This document shows, piece by piece, positions 11,901-26,200 of a DNA stretch of 64,000 bases (its first letter is position 1; the number at the start of each line of letters is the position of its first letter). The notes under the pieces were generated by a model that saw nothing but the letters and a program-made list of their open reading frames with translations, had not been told where the DNA came from and did no database searches. The position numbers were made by a program, and so were the translations under genes. This DNA is from Pavona decussata (lineage: Eukaryota): contig CDRNST010000130.1 in the NCBI GenBank assembly GCA_977016875.1, positions 806,001-870,000 of the forward strand, given 5' to 3'.

Positions 11901-14900
11901 CATTTAGCCGGAGTCTTGAATTTTTTTGGGTGCACAATATAAGGTCCATGTATTCTTTTGGGTGCAAAATATTAGGCTCTGTCTGACCCCCATCTGACAT
12001 TTATACCCAAGTACTCCCCCTGGGGATGATTCAGTCTAATGGCATCCAAATTTCTCTAAATTCACTCTAACTTGGCATGTATACAGACTGGCTCTTGTGT
12101 CAGAAAAATTAACTTCTATATATTTATTGTGATTTGAGGGCTCAGATTTTCCCAACACGCTGTGACTTAAGCCTAAATAATGAACAGGGCCCAGTTGTTC
12201 AAAGCCCGATTAGGCTAATCCTGGGTTAACATGAACTTTGATTCGAGTATATTTACTAATCCGTAAGGATTTGTCCAAAAGATTTTTGTCTCTCAGTTTT
12301 ACCTTAGACTTTTCTTTACCATTAGATTACAACGAGGCTTTAAAATAATCTTTAATGAGTGAGTTGAAAACCTCGGTTAACTTTTAATCGTGGATTAGCG
12401 TTAATCAGCTTTCGAACAACCTGGCCCTGAATGTTAGTGATGCTTGAAATGATTTCCTTTCTTAAATTCTCTGTTTAAAGCTAAATGAACATTCAACATG
12501 AAAAACTTTGTTGGCAAAAGCAGAGCCAACATATTTGTTTACTTATCAACTATTAGAACTTTTGTTTAGCTTCAAACAGAGAAGAAAGGAAATCATTTCA
12601 AGCATCACTTAACAGTCACTTTGAATGCCCAAATAATAATTTGAATGGTGCAGTCATATTTACAGTGCGACTACTGTTACCGGGGTCACTTAAACATTGT
12701 AATTATTGTGTTATGTAAAGCAAATAAAAAAAAAAAAAAATTTCAGATTCCAGGACAACAACAATGCTTTTCAACCAAAGCTGATTGAATTAATCACAAG
12801 TAGATGGAAAACAATAGTTAAAACCCAAAACTTTTGGAATTATTCACTGTTCATATCATAATGTGATCTGATTGGCCAGTTTTAAGTGACCCAGGTAACA
12901 GTAGTCACAATGTAAAATAATGGTTCAGTTTTGTTATCAATAAACCTACTAGTGCACAGAATCTGGTATTAATTATCTTTGGCTATGGATGGCTGGATAA
13001 TACACTTACTGAAGATACATAATCAGCAGGGTCTGGCACTTCCTTGATAGTTGTCTTAGTGGAAAATTCCAATCTCAGTGGCTGACCCTAACAAGAAAAA
13101 TGCAGTTCTTTGTTGAAAATTTTCCATTCTTTATGGTACCAAAAAATATTGAACAATAAATGCTGAGTACTGTTGAGTACTGTTGTTATCAAGTTTGAAA
13201 AGGAACGTATGAAACTAAATTGGAAAAACAATAACGACAATGGTTCCAAAAGACCTTCTGTTGGAGGGGAAAGGATAACAAAAAAACATACAGTCCATGT
13301 ATTTTCTTCTCTATCCTCAGTTTAGCATGGTCTGTTTTCACAAAACACAAACCTATCACCACTGTATATGGTTTCAGCAAATATCCATTAACCCACCCCA
13401 AGGAAGGTCATTGGAAATTCTGAGGGAGAGGGGGTCCCAAACGCCAAAATTTTAAAGGGAAAATATGAAGCTAAACTTGAAATTCTAGGGGGGAGGGAGA
13501 GGGAGGGTTCCAACTAATACATTCTGTGGGGAAGGGGGAGGGGGATGGATATAATCTGGAACGACACATTGCTAAAACAGAGCTAGTGAACAGCAATAAT
13601 GCACTTTCGAAAATTTTGAGCCAGTTTGTTGTTGCTGAAAAGTTTAAAATGCCTGTTCAAGAAAATGTTATCTCAAATTTCATGCATACTTACTGTGATT
13701 CTTATAGGGTTAAAGAGAGATGTTTTGAAGAGAGTCACTTCACGGCCAGATCCTGGATAAGGGGGCACTGCTGGGTACAAGAAGTCCCTTGCATTGTTGG
13801 CATAGTGACCAATAACGTAGCCATCTGTTTAAAGAATGAAAAAATTTCCTTACTTAAATAAGGGCTAAAATTGCTTAAAAAAGGAAGAAATAACCTTCAT
13901 GGATTCACTTTGGCAGGTTAACGAACACTGCAGAGTTGAATCTCATTCATAAAGAAATTGCCTATTTTTAGAACAGGGCATCATTTTAGAACCAGCTACT
14001 GGAACTTATGTGTACCGTATCTATATAAATGCTTAAGTGATTCATTGATATATTTTGAATAAAAAACCCTTCTAATATTGGAGGCTTGGGAGAAATATGC
14101 ACTTTTCTGACATGTAGAGGTTGACAGAGCGGGTTATTTAGTGAAGGGAGCTATTACCATATTTTGGTGACCAATTTATGAAATTTAAAATTCTGCTAAT
14201 CATAAATAATGCAAATCCTCTTACATGCTTGAGCAAGGAAAATTACGCCAAAATTTTCCTTAATTTTGAGTTAACAAAAAAAAAGAAGTGAAAGAGGGAG
14301 TGAGAAGTTTTAAAAGCCATTTACAAATAACCCCGTCATTACGTAAACGAATGCTAGTCTCATGTGTGGTGGATATATTTACATAACCACAATGACAAAG
14401 AAATTCATTAAACCGGGATAATTACAGTAAATTTTTTTTAACTCTCTTTAAACCAAAACAATCACTTTGATTGATATTACAATTTCGCATCTTCATGCAA
14501 ACCAGTGACAACCAGGAGAGAAATTTATTGTTTCAGATGAAAGTTTCCTGAATTACCCTGGAAGGAAAGTCGAAAAGCATAAATTTTATGATTCTCGTGA
14601 ATGTTTTCATGTTTGGGAACCTTTTTACACATGAAGACCAAGGGCATAATCGTAGTTCCGTTGTTCGAGAGACACAAAGTAATTACAATTTGTGACGGAA
14701 GCATTCAACGTTTAGGTTAAAGAACCACTTTCAAATTGCCGAACAAAGAAAAAGAAATCAAACGTTCGAAGTGATAATCCATTCGGGCCGCCAAATTGCA
14801 AAGATTCTGATGAATTCTTATACATGCTTCGGATGCAATGAGCGAGGAATCACCGAACTAAAAATACAAACACTTGAATTACAACAACTTTGAATACCGT

Positions 14901-15714
14901 AGGTACAGTAACAATGTAAACATAATTTTCTTCCTTCTTCTAAACAGTTTAGAGTTTGCACGGCAGCTCAGCTGCAGAGGAAAATTCTCAAGGTTATTAC
15001 GAACGCTAATATAAAGAACGAGGAAATCTGACAACTTTAAAAAGTACTTTCCTTACCAGAGATATAATCATCATGTTGCCTTAGCTCCACCAAGACGTCC
15101 TCGCCTACAATTTCAAATAAACGTGGTATTTTAGTAAGCTTAGGTGTTGTCAAAGCCCAAGTTCACTAACAAATTAAATATGGCGGAATTCCCTGATCAA
15201 ATTACTGTGTACACTTCACTATCACAGTACAGGCCACGACGACCTACCTTTGAGATGGACAGTTACATAAGCGGGATCTTGGCAACTCGTGAAAACCTTG
15301 CAAATAACAACAAAATGCTTTCATTAAAGGACTGACAAAGGAACAAGAACAATGGCTAAAGGGAATTGACTAACACAAGCTTTACTTTCACAGCTTACCC
15401 GTTCGAAGCGCAGGCGTTCGTGGAAGAACAATGGAAAAGTTGGAGCAACAGATTTCGTGTTTACTTCTAAGCCCATGCAGTTTACTTTGAGATACACATA
15501 GCCATAATCCCGAAGGAAAGTTCCAGGGCATGTCACCTGAAGAGGAAACCAAAGGAGAAAGATAAAGATAACTAAACAGAGCTTTCAGATTGCATACGTG
15601 TGGCGTCGTTAGCAACGACCAAAGATCTCACTGAAACTATTCCAAAAAATCACCATGGAATCTTACCGTGTGAATATCCAATTCTACTATAACCTTCATT
15701 GCTTTGCGCGGCAT
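5922..15714 (-). CDS. SPATA6: Spermatogenesis-associated protein 6-like (SPATA6 N-terminal domain plus Ser/Arg/Pro-rich tail), 11 coding exons, ~418 aa
   Basis: Exons (minus): 15714-15667, 15536-15399, 15296-15248, 15104-15057, 13824-13694, 13087-13010, 10259-9935, 8730-8432, 7809-7763, 7372-7313, 5955-5922. All junctions are GT-AG with matching phases. The translation MPRKAMKVIVELDIHT-VTCPGTFLRD...KSVAPTFPLFFHERLRFER-VF...DP...RDFLYP...LRLEFSTKTTIKE matches remembered SPATA6 motifs (VTCPG, FPLxF, RDFxxP, LEFST). The last exon is the least certain. Confidence 0.85.
9500..9860. mobile_element. Harbinger/ISL2EU-type MITE
   Basis: AAT|AGGGAG..GCAACGACAACAGCGATGGCAA ... TTGCCATTGCTGTCGTCGTTGCCTCCCT|AAT. 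Confidence 0.8.
12188..12426. mobile_element. Harbinger-type MITE with CWG TSD
   Basis: CAG|GGCCCAGTTGTTCAAAGC ... GCTTTCGAACAACCTGGCC|CTG. Confidence 0.7.
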
Positions 15715-17223
15715 GATTTTCGTAACTAAATTCTAAAATCCTACGAGATGGCTAGGACGATATGTGTGCTATGATGCCCGGCTGATCGAAACACGCACGA
15801 TTATTCCGCGTCACCGCGGGATAGACGCGAAATTTAGTAAACAGGCGTTAGCCAATCACAGTGAAGGAGTCATTAAATTAATTAAATTAATTAAATTAAT
15901 ACATAACATTTATGAATTATTATGCAAATGAAAAATTGACCTCTGTCTGTGACGTCAGAACATTATATGGGTCACAAACCAACATTGCAAGGCAAGGCGT
16001 TTTTGTTTTCCGCATTGCATGATCATCATCATAAATAATTGCAATGGCTAACAGAAAAAAAAAAAAAAAGGATGTATATGAGTTGGGGGTGAGGGGGGAG
16101 GGGGGTGGGTGAAGAAGAAGGATTGTTTTCTAAACCAAACTATCCCGAATTATCAGGCGATTTCCATACATAAATATTTTTTTCAGTTTATTCCTTCAAT
16201 CTTTTTGGTTACTTCCTTTTTTATTATTACTGGAAATGCAAGGATTTGAATTGATTCTCTGCTCAGGACGAACCCATTCGTCCCCTACCCCCCTTCCCAG
16301 CCCGGGGACACATTTCAAGAATGATATTTTGGTTGGTCTTTTAATTCAAAAATATTGCAGCTGAAGATTCTTGTTGCTATTTAAAAATGTGTAATTTATC
16401 ACGTCTGCATTCTCCTAGCATTTTGTATCAGTGTCAACCGAGTTTACTATCCGTTGTGCTGATATCATATCCAGAGCCCATGACCTGGGAATATTCAGCG
16501 ACCTACGTTTTCGACACTACAGTTAGGCATATCACGTAGCAAGAGAAAGGAATGTTAGAAATTGTCAGAAATACCATCAAATGGTCTGGAATGACAGCTC
16601 TTCCTGAGATTTCTATTTTCGTCTCTTTCCTTTTGACGCAATGATGTGGTCACTAAAGCATAACAGAATTAAAAGGTTTTTAAAAATATTGGCCTTTAAT
16701 TGTTAGCTTCTGGTAAGTTCACAGCGAAAAGGGAAGTTGAACGGAACTGTTTTGCGCTTCTTTGGCTACTCTGCAGCTAAGAAATTAATTTTCCATGCCA
16801 AGTGTTGTCTTCCATTCAGCTCTCTCCCCAGGAATTTCGCTGCGTGGTCATGACGTCACAGCGCTAAAACACAACACGCAAATATGGCGGCAACTGGCGA
16901 GTATTGATTGTGAGTTTTTATCTTTCAGCGCAGTTTATGACATTGCCAGTGCTTGAAAAAGGTCATTTTGAGGATGCCTAAGGTTTCTTAGACCCCAAGG
17001 AGAAAGGTTTCTTCATCAAAGATGTAAAATTCGTCGAGAGAAAACGACTCGTATGCGAGACTACAAGACTTTTCAGTCGAGTGTTTAATTGACCGAGGTG
17101 TTTCGCAACACTGCAAGTTAATGCCTGTGTACAAGCACTGTGACAGAATGTCTGGCATTCATAGATAAAGAAACCCCATTTATCGAAGGAAGCAGTGGTA
17201 ATTGTATCCTTTAGTGTGGCAGA
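15715..17223. promoter_or_regulatory. Head-to-head promoter region of SPATA6 and USP54
   Basis: The two ATGs are 1.5 kb apart. Motifs: CCAAT (15852), octamer ATGCAAAT (15922), two perfect CRE palindromes TGACGTCA (15950, 16851) and a YY1-type AATATGGCGG (16881). Confidence 0.55.
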
Positions 17224-20200
17224 ATGGACAAAATGGATCGACAAGAAAGGCTTGAACGAACAGCTTCTATGGCCTGCAACAAGGGCTTGATCAACAATCC
17301 CGGCGAAAATAATTGTTTTCTCAACTCTGCTGTACAGGTGAGCAAAAACCTATTGGTCTGCAGTCACTTTTTGGTACCTTTTTGAGATTTTCGTGAAGAA
17401 TGGAGCCAGCGTACTCTCTCGAACTTTATAAATTTGATCTCAAACCTTTCATCTAGATATTAATTCTCTTCGCCAAAACAATACTACTAGGCAGGCGTAA
17501 TATATAAACTTAGGTTTTCGTGTTATTTTCGTCGCATTAGAAAAAGTGTTGAAACAGCCGAAGTGGCCGCTAAATGCTCTCACAGTAGGACATAAAAGAT
17601 GATGGAACGATGCCCCAGTTGTTTCAAAATTCAAGATTTATATTTGTCACATTTTTTCGATATAATTCGTGCTCGCGTATTGATTTAGCGGTCAGGAAAG
17701 TGGTTTCTCATTCGGCGATTATGCTGGTGTAATATATGTTGATTGAGGGTTATTATATCGTTAAATTTGGAAATCGTGAACGTTGTAAACTTAAGTCATT
17801 ATAGAGGACATTGATCATACACTTTGATCGAGGTCGTGTGGTCATAAAGACCTCAGGAATGCTAGCTTTTAGATTCCCTTTCTTTTCACATAAAGCTTTC
17901 ACTGAGGCGTAAAACTGCTTTCTTTAATCTGCTTGCTGCGGGAACAATTTAAAATGATTTGTGTCACAATACAATGAAGGGATGAAAGCTTTTTAATAAC
18001 CTACGTTTAAAGTGAAGCTCAGTGATTTCAGTGTAGCCAAGTATATTACGGAAACACTGGTTTAGAAACATTACAATCATAAAATTCGACTTTTTTAACA
18101 TCCTTAAGTCGTTTTTCATTTAAATGTTATTGTTTTCATTGTTAGACATATTTTTGTAAATACTTATCAGCCCCATGTTAAAAAAATATCACCTTTCACA
18201 TCATCTCCCTAAAAAAATTCTGGTACTACACTGGTGGTATTGACACTCACCTAATTGCTTGTTATAAGATACTTCCTAAATTTGAGATAACCTTAACCAA
18301 CAAAGTTGTGTTTGTAGCTAATTAAAGACTCTTCACCTTTGAAATACATGTATTATCATGATGATAATCAAAACAAAACAAAAGAATTTTAATTTCCCCT
18401 GTGGTTTTTTAAAACAGTTTCTAGTTATAAAAGATTTACTGAAAATTAATTTCACATTTCATTCAGCCCTAGTTAAAAAAGCAAGGCATTTGAAAATGTT
18501 TGACTTCAAATGAATGAATGGGAATGGCCAGTGCTTTAATTTGAGAAAAACTTGGCCTGTTTCTTTAACTTTTAGTGGGAGGTCAAATTTACTTAAAAAG
18601 TATGTCTTTTATAATCTGCTTCTAAGAATGATTCATAAAGCAGATATTTTCCGGAAATCCATATACTGCAAAGCAATATGTTACAGCTTCTTGTACTTGA
18701 CTTTGATGTTTAATTATTTTAATTTTAATAATTATTATCAGTATTAAAAAACATTTCAATGAGTCAGATATGATTGTTGTTGACATGAAATTGTTGTTGT
18801 AAATATTCATGTAAATACAGGACTTGTGTGGGCAATCAATTTCTTATGCCGCACAGATTTGTTTTCACTTTTTGCACAATGTTCCAGATAAGGGAAGGTT
18901 CTCAAAAAAACCTAAGAAGCCTTGCATTTTACCTAACAAATTGAATATAAAACTTCAGATGATTTGGAAACAATCAGAGCTAGTGACTCAAGGCTCAAAA
19001 TTCTTCACAAGACCCCCTAACTTTAAAAGTTACATGGAACATGGAATGTTAGTCTAAAGTACATGTTTTAACTGTACAAATGAAAGCAGTGTTTTTTGTG
19101 AGCACTGCAATAGTTGTTTTTGTTATAATATTATTATTTTCTCACAGCAAAAGTGTGTTTTAGTACAGTTGTTCTCTGTTGTGTTTTTCTGAGTAGAAAT
19201 GGATAAAAGAAATTGCAGATAGGTTTCCTGTTGGAAAACTTGTAGTATTTTGTTTCCCCTAGCCACAACACCAGTGACATTTTAGAATCTGTTATCTGCC
19301 ACAAGTTAACCTAATAATTCCCTGGAATAATATTATTACACTTAACAGATACAAAATTAATTGTCCATCAGGAGTTGGCATTTCATCCTAACTAAAAACA
19401 TTCACTTAGCTATGAATTAAAGTTCATGAATACAATTTGAAATTAATTTTTACTAATAATTAGTGATAATTATTAGATCATGTATGGTTTTTGACAATTT
19501 TTAAACAATAGTTTATTTTTGGATTTAGATATATATTTTTAAGTCATTGTAACTGAAAAACCCCCATGAAGTAGAGTTGTCAATAAATACATTATTGTTA
19601 TTCTTTACTAACTATAAAATGTACATACATTTTGCTAGGTTCTTTGGCATCTTGATGTGTTTAGAAGAAGTTTTAGAGAAATCAAAGGTCATTATTGTAT
19701 GGGACAGTCGTGCATATTCTGTGCATTAGACTTCATATTCAAACAGTTTCAATATAGCAGTAATGATGCTCTTCCACCGGATGGATTAAGGGTTGCCTTA
19801 GCAGTGGCATTTAAGGTAAGAATTACCATTTGAGAAATGGTTTTAGTGTAAAACATTCATGGATTCCGTAATGTGATTGGATATGCTACTCAATATTTGT
19901 CCATGTATAGATAGTTTCAATGAAAATATATGAAAAAAATTATGGAGATTTCTACTAAGGCAACAGTGTACAAGTAGTTGACATGGGCTGCACCCTCAAG
20001 AGCTATAAATACAGGAAAGATCTCCAGTGCGCAGTCTAATATTATAATTTGAAGGACTTGTTTGAAGGGGTGTTTAAATGAATATTTGGGCTTGAAATCC
20101 TATGTACAGACTGGATATAATGTAAGAATGTAGTAACATATTTAAATTTGACCTAAAGGAATTGTCAAATTACTAATTCCCAAAAAACAGAAGTTGCTCA

Positions 20201-23200
20201 AGTGAGTCAGCATAGTTTGCCTCTTCTGTTTTAGTGTAAACTCCTCCTTTATGAGAATTGCTCAAGTTAATGCAAAACTAATAAGCTCTTGTTCTTTGAA
20301 TACATGTAACTAATATAACTTTACATAAAGAACTAAAAAATTAATAATTTTTTTATATAACTACCTTTATTTTCCTTAAATATTTGACATCCAGTCTGTA
20401 CATCCAAACTACAGTGTAAGCTGGTGCTGAGCCCTTGAATCTCTTTACAGTGCCCAGATTTATCTTATTAACCTACACTGTAGTTGATAAAACCGGATAT
20501 TTGTTAACTCTCCCGCAGTGACACCACAGTTTTTTTAGAAACTAACCTCTGTTATTTACTCTTACTAAGACAATAACAGTTGAAAGACCAGTGACTTGTG
20601 TGTTCTTGATTTTTAAATAAATTCTCCCAACAATTCTCACATCAATTCATATATACATGAGTACTGTAGGTATGTATGGAGGTCAATTAGGAGAGTTTGT
20701 AAGTCAAACTCACGAATCCACTGTTATTCTACAGAATCAGCACAGATTTCAGCTGGGAGATATGGATGATGCCGCAGAGTGTTTTGTAAGTTTACACATT
20801 TATTTTTATCGCTTTTTAAGAGTGTGAATCGTTCACTAATAGTGTACTTTTTGCTGTACATGTACATTGTATTAACTATTCATCCCTCAAAGATGGTACT
20901 TCCATTTGCTACTGTGCATAGTAACATTCCTTGTCTCTCAGAATGGTCATTAAAACTTGGATTTCTTAAGGATGGCATCTACTGAGACAAAGATATTATT
21001 TTTTGTATCGTTTATGACCTAATGGGAGAAGCAGATCTTGGTAAGGTTATTGGAATCCAAAAAGAAAATAGGGGTAAACCTGCATTTTTAAGAGAAATAT
21101 CATAATTATCAAGTTTCAATTTCAATATACTTCATTAATCTTTTTTATCTTATCGATCTATCTAATTTGCAAAAGAAATGCCTCATAATTATTTTGTTAT
21201 ATATAATTTTTTAAAGCTTTTTATGAATTTATTGTGGCTTAAATGCTTGTTCCCCCATTTTGTGTTTGGATTCCAACAGCGCTAATGCTACATGTAAGAC
21301 CTGCTTTTTCCGACGGTCATAAACTGGAAAAAAAAATACACATTCCTCTCTATTAGAAGGCACTGCCCTTAACAGCTTTTAGTGAAGTGGTAATAAATTA
21401 TGTATATGTTATTTCCAAATGTGGTGCAAATTCCATATCCACAGTTATTAGAAAAAAATGTTACAAAACGATAGGGGTTGTTATACATTGTATGGGTTAC
21501 CAACAGTTGCCAAATTGCAAATTGCTTCGAGGGCATTTTTTAGTTACATGTAGCTGTTCTCTCTGTGATTAGAAATACTGGTTTGATTCTTTGGCTTGGT
21601 CCATGAAATTGCGAAGAGAGAACTTGACCGTCCAATATTTTCAGAAATATTTCAACATCATGCCACTTCATAACACATTTGCATATTGTTTATTTGAAGT
21701 AAGGCGATTAATATACCCACAGCCCTTAAGGTAATAATATTGTCTTTAATGAACAAACTATTTATTAAAAATGCAAACCTGTGCTTGATTGTCATCCATA
21801 CAAGCTGGACTAATTCTTTGAAGTGAAGTCTAAATAAGTTGAAGAATAAAATCAGAAAGTTATTTTTTTTCTTATGTGATAACCACCCTTTTGGCACTGT
21901 TTGAATGTCAAGGCCATATTTCCATGTAGTTAGGCTTTTGGCAGAGTCCTTCAATTCATAGACAGTTGAACCTTGATTGTCCTGGACTTGTCTGTTCCCC
22001 TGGAGAAATAGTTGGAAAAAAACGAGAGTCCAGATAATCCAAGATATAATTGAACATAATATTTTAAGGAGATAGAAATGCGTGACACAGTCCTTCTTGA
22101 TTACATTATAAGTTAACTGTGGGAAAATTATTATTTGAAGGATCCATGTTGAAACTAGACATAACTAATGATCAATGACGTCAATGAGTGATTAATGAGC
22201 AATCAGTAGTCAGTCATTGGTTATTGCCGATGATCAATGAGTAATCAATGACCAATTGAAGACAACAAATTTTGTGGCCTATTGATTACTCATTGATGTC
22301 ATCAATCTCAAATCAATCTAGCAGTTGATTGAAGTGTTTTATGTTAAAATTCTTTGAATTAATCCTGACATGTGTGTATATATGTTGTTTTGTTCAGGAG
22401 AATATCCTCAGCCACATGCACATGCTTGTTGCTAGGAATGAACATGACGATGCCTGCACTGCCAAGCACTGTATCTCACATCAGAAGTTTGCCATGCAGA
22501 TCATTGAGCAGGTGACTTTTTACTTTGCCATTAGGGATGGACAGTTGGTAGTATTGCATTGTACATGAAATAAATTTTGAGATGACTTAGGGTGTGTTTG
22601 ATTGACCCTATTCTGGAATAGGAATATATACAACAATGACAAGAAATCCCTAATAAGAGGTTTTTAGGAGTTACTGAAGTAGGAGACAGCTCTTATATTA
22701 TTATGTGTCAGCAAAAGTTTGCAGAAATGGCTCCCCAAATTACTTAAAAAGAGAACTCCAACAGCTATTCCCCTTTTTCTTATTCCAGAATATGGTCAAT
22801 CAAACGCAACCTTAATTAAGTAACTTTTTACAGCAACATTTGACGTACAGTTACATGTATGTAGCTTTTATTTGTATGGCCACATTTAAGTATGTTACAA
22901 CCACCTTGTACTAGCAGGTTAGGTTAGTTTAGAAGTAAACACACGACCCCACAAGCTAACAGCTTTAATTATCATCGTGTTTAAATAAAGATTATGTATG
23001 TATGTATGTATGTACTTGGGTACTTGAAAACTGATAGCTTTGCGTGGTCATACTCAGTGCTTAATCGCTAGACTCCAGCTGAAGTCCCTGTAACAACCTG
23101 ATTGTCAGTGTTATCGTATGACTGACATGATCCTGTTTATGTTTAACTTACTAAATAGTTGACAAAAGTCAATACATGTGATTTTAGGTGTCTCATGACT

Positions 23201-26200
23201 GATATTAACAATAAAATTAGTATACAGTGCAGTGCCACAGTAAAATAATATTCATTTGATTTCTTGTCCCTTCTTTCAGACGATATGCCAATGTGGAGAA
23301 CAGTCAGAACCTCTTCCATTCTTCCAGCTTGTACACTACGTGTCAGCCTCAGCACTTTGGTATGTTATTATCTTTAAGTACTATAGGTTGGGGGTATAGA
23401 ATGGTAAAATCTGAGACTCGAGACACTGAGACCCTCATTTAAAATCCGAGACCAACACTTATACACCAATTTACAAGTAGAATTTATCCAAGCCTACATG
23501 TTTCACAGTAATGGTTGCAATGTTGAGCCATATATCGCAATCATTCTTTGTTGTTTCATGATGGTTCATTTAGACTAAAATTAATTTTTGCTTGGCTGTG
23601 CGCAAGGTTTTGAGACTCCCCAAAAATTTGCTGAGGGCCATTCTATACCCTTAGGGCTTAGGTCGTGTGTGAGAAAAGGTTAAAGTTAAGGCTTAAGTTC
23701 TAATGAAACAAAAACAGGGGCAAACTCTTCACTTTCTGCAAACCTTTCAGATGCTCTTATCCAAAACCAATGATACTTCAGAAAAAAGTTGTACTCATGC
23801 TTCATAAATTATGTTGTTCCGGAAAATATCCTGACCCCTCCCCTGGAAGGTTCTTCGGGTTTGGACCCTCACTACTCTGGAGCTTTGAATTTAGTTCTTA
23901 ACTTCAGTTAAAGAGGTTTGTCTTTTGAGACCCTGCTCCCTGTAATCCCTCATAATTTCCAATAACCTTCTAATGATGAGGTGTTGAAATTTTCTGGAAC
24001 CACACTTTACTACACAATATGGTGAATCACAGGATCAATCATTTGTTCACTCTGTGGAAAAAATCACATACTTCAAACCACTTTGACATACAATATTTCT
24101 TTTGTCTCATTTTGCTTCAGTGCCAAAGCAGGGAGCCTTAAAGGGTGGGATAACACCAGGCCGATTGAGAATCAGTTTGGGGTTCTGTTGAGAAGGGCAG
24201 GACAGGACACTAGAGAATGTCAAGTAAGTTACAAAGCTCTGCCAGTGTAATGTTCTGACAATATAATTTGCATTCAAATGTTTCTTAAATGACATGGCTT
24301 GCAAGATGTTATGTGGTAACAACAAATTTAAAAAAAAAAACGAAACAAAAAAAGACAAATGTACATCTTTTAGAAAGCAAATTCTCTGACCAGAGTCTCG
24401 AAGATTGCAGTCTAGCAATCAAAAAGTTATACTAAAGGATCTGTTACTTGGCAATTATTTTTTGAAACATGCACTGCAAATGTGATGAGATGACTGTTGC
24501 AAGTTGTTTAAAATGTTCAATGACGTATTATCTCACAACATTGCAATAGTAGAAGATTACATATGGTCTACTTTTCTCTCAACTTGGAAAAACAATTTTT
24601 TGCTGTGAGAAAGTTGCAAGGTGGTTTTTTTTGGGGGGGGGGGGGGGCTTACATGCTTAATTTTGTCTTTGACTTGTCTTGCAATGACATGGCATTGGTA
24701 CATTGCCTAAAGCAGTAATTAGTCAGAATGTTCTTGTTAATTAATATTTACTTTTATTAATGCCTGCTTGTCATCAATATTTTTTTGTTTGACAATTATG
24801 TAGTTGGGTAAAAAGAACATGTAGCAAACTTAAGGCTTCAGATTCATCATCATATCTAACGGCGTCAGTTGACTCGTAAGGTTGCTTAGTCCATTCCAAC
24901 TGCCTTGACCAAATTTGAGATCAATTCCAACCACATAGTTTGTCACCATATTCTTCTACAAAATGGGCAATTACAAGCTACACTCTGGAAAGACTCTAGG
25001 GTGTGCTAAACGCATGTTGGATTGCTATAACATGAATGCTATCTGTAAGTGAAACATGTTTCCCTCTTATATAGTCATTTCTGGTTCAAAAATCTTACCC
25101 AGCAAAGGTTTTGTCGGATTTAGTTGTCAAAGTTGTCTTGTGAGTTGTCTGTGGTGGGCTTTCACGGTTTGGAAGACTTTCTATCATTGGCACTCAACTT
25201 TAGAAGTGTTATATATTTATAGTTGGCGAATATTACAAAGATGATTATTTTTTCGGTCACGCACATTAGTATAAAGGATACCGTACATACAATAAAGGGA
25301 AAGAATAACAAATATCTTTTAAATTTTATTGTTACTAATGATAGATTAAAAAAATGACATAAATGCTTTTTGTTGGGAGGAGATCAAGTGGGAGTGGGCG
25401 CTTATTATGTTTTTGGGCTTTCCGGATGGACACTTATTCGAGGGTAAAGCAGTTAATCAAATAAATGGGTTACAGCTGTTGCTGAACTCTCCGATCGAGC
25501 AAGTGTAATGGTGCTTTGCTGTTCTTTGCAGAGTCCAGATTGTAAGGACAGAGTTCAAGTACAGCGTCTGCTGTTGAACTGTCCTGATATTGGTAAGTGT
25601 TCAGAGAACTGATGTTATTCAAACCCTAAATACTGTACTTAGTGCAGTCTGTGGCTATTTGGCCTTACAGTATTAATGAATTGAACACCTGAGAGGATGA
25701 CTGACCCAAATAACTTTTCAGATTGCTTTTTGTTGGTTTGGCTCATATTAGATTCCCTGGAATGTTGCTCCATTTTTTTTTATCCGCTGGTTTGTGCTTC
25801 ATGTGCTGATAAAAACAGAAATCTTGCCCATAATCATATGTTTTATTGCAAATGAAGGGCAAAGCAGTCGATAAAACATTGGAGCAATGTTTCCTGAAGG
25901 AATTCAAGGCCACATTCAAAAATTTTCATGAATCTGAACTAAAACAACAAAATGCGTTCTAAAAAGTTATTTTGGGTGGATACACTCTCAGCCCTTCAAT
26001 TATTGGGCAGACAGGTGACAAACTTACTGTTGACTTAAATTTGCACAGCTACTAGTAAAAGAACTTACTGACTGAGATGAAATACCTTGTGTTGGTGATA
26101 TTCAGTTCACTTGACTCTCAGTTCATAGCAACAACAACAGTGATTACCCTTGCCAACATCTGCCTCCTGATCTCAAATCCTTTACAGCCATATACAGCTT

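Noticed and set aside
14805-14830. CTGATGA as a hammerhead core or C/D snoRNA box (also at 61152)
   Set aside because: No properly spaced GAAA with flanking stems and no nearby D box with a terminal stem.
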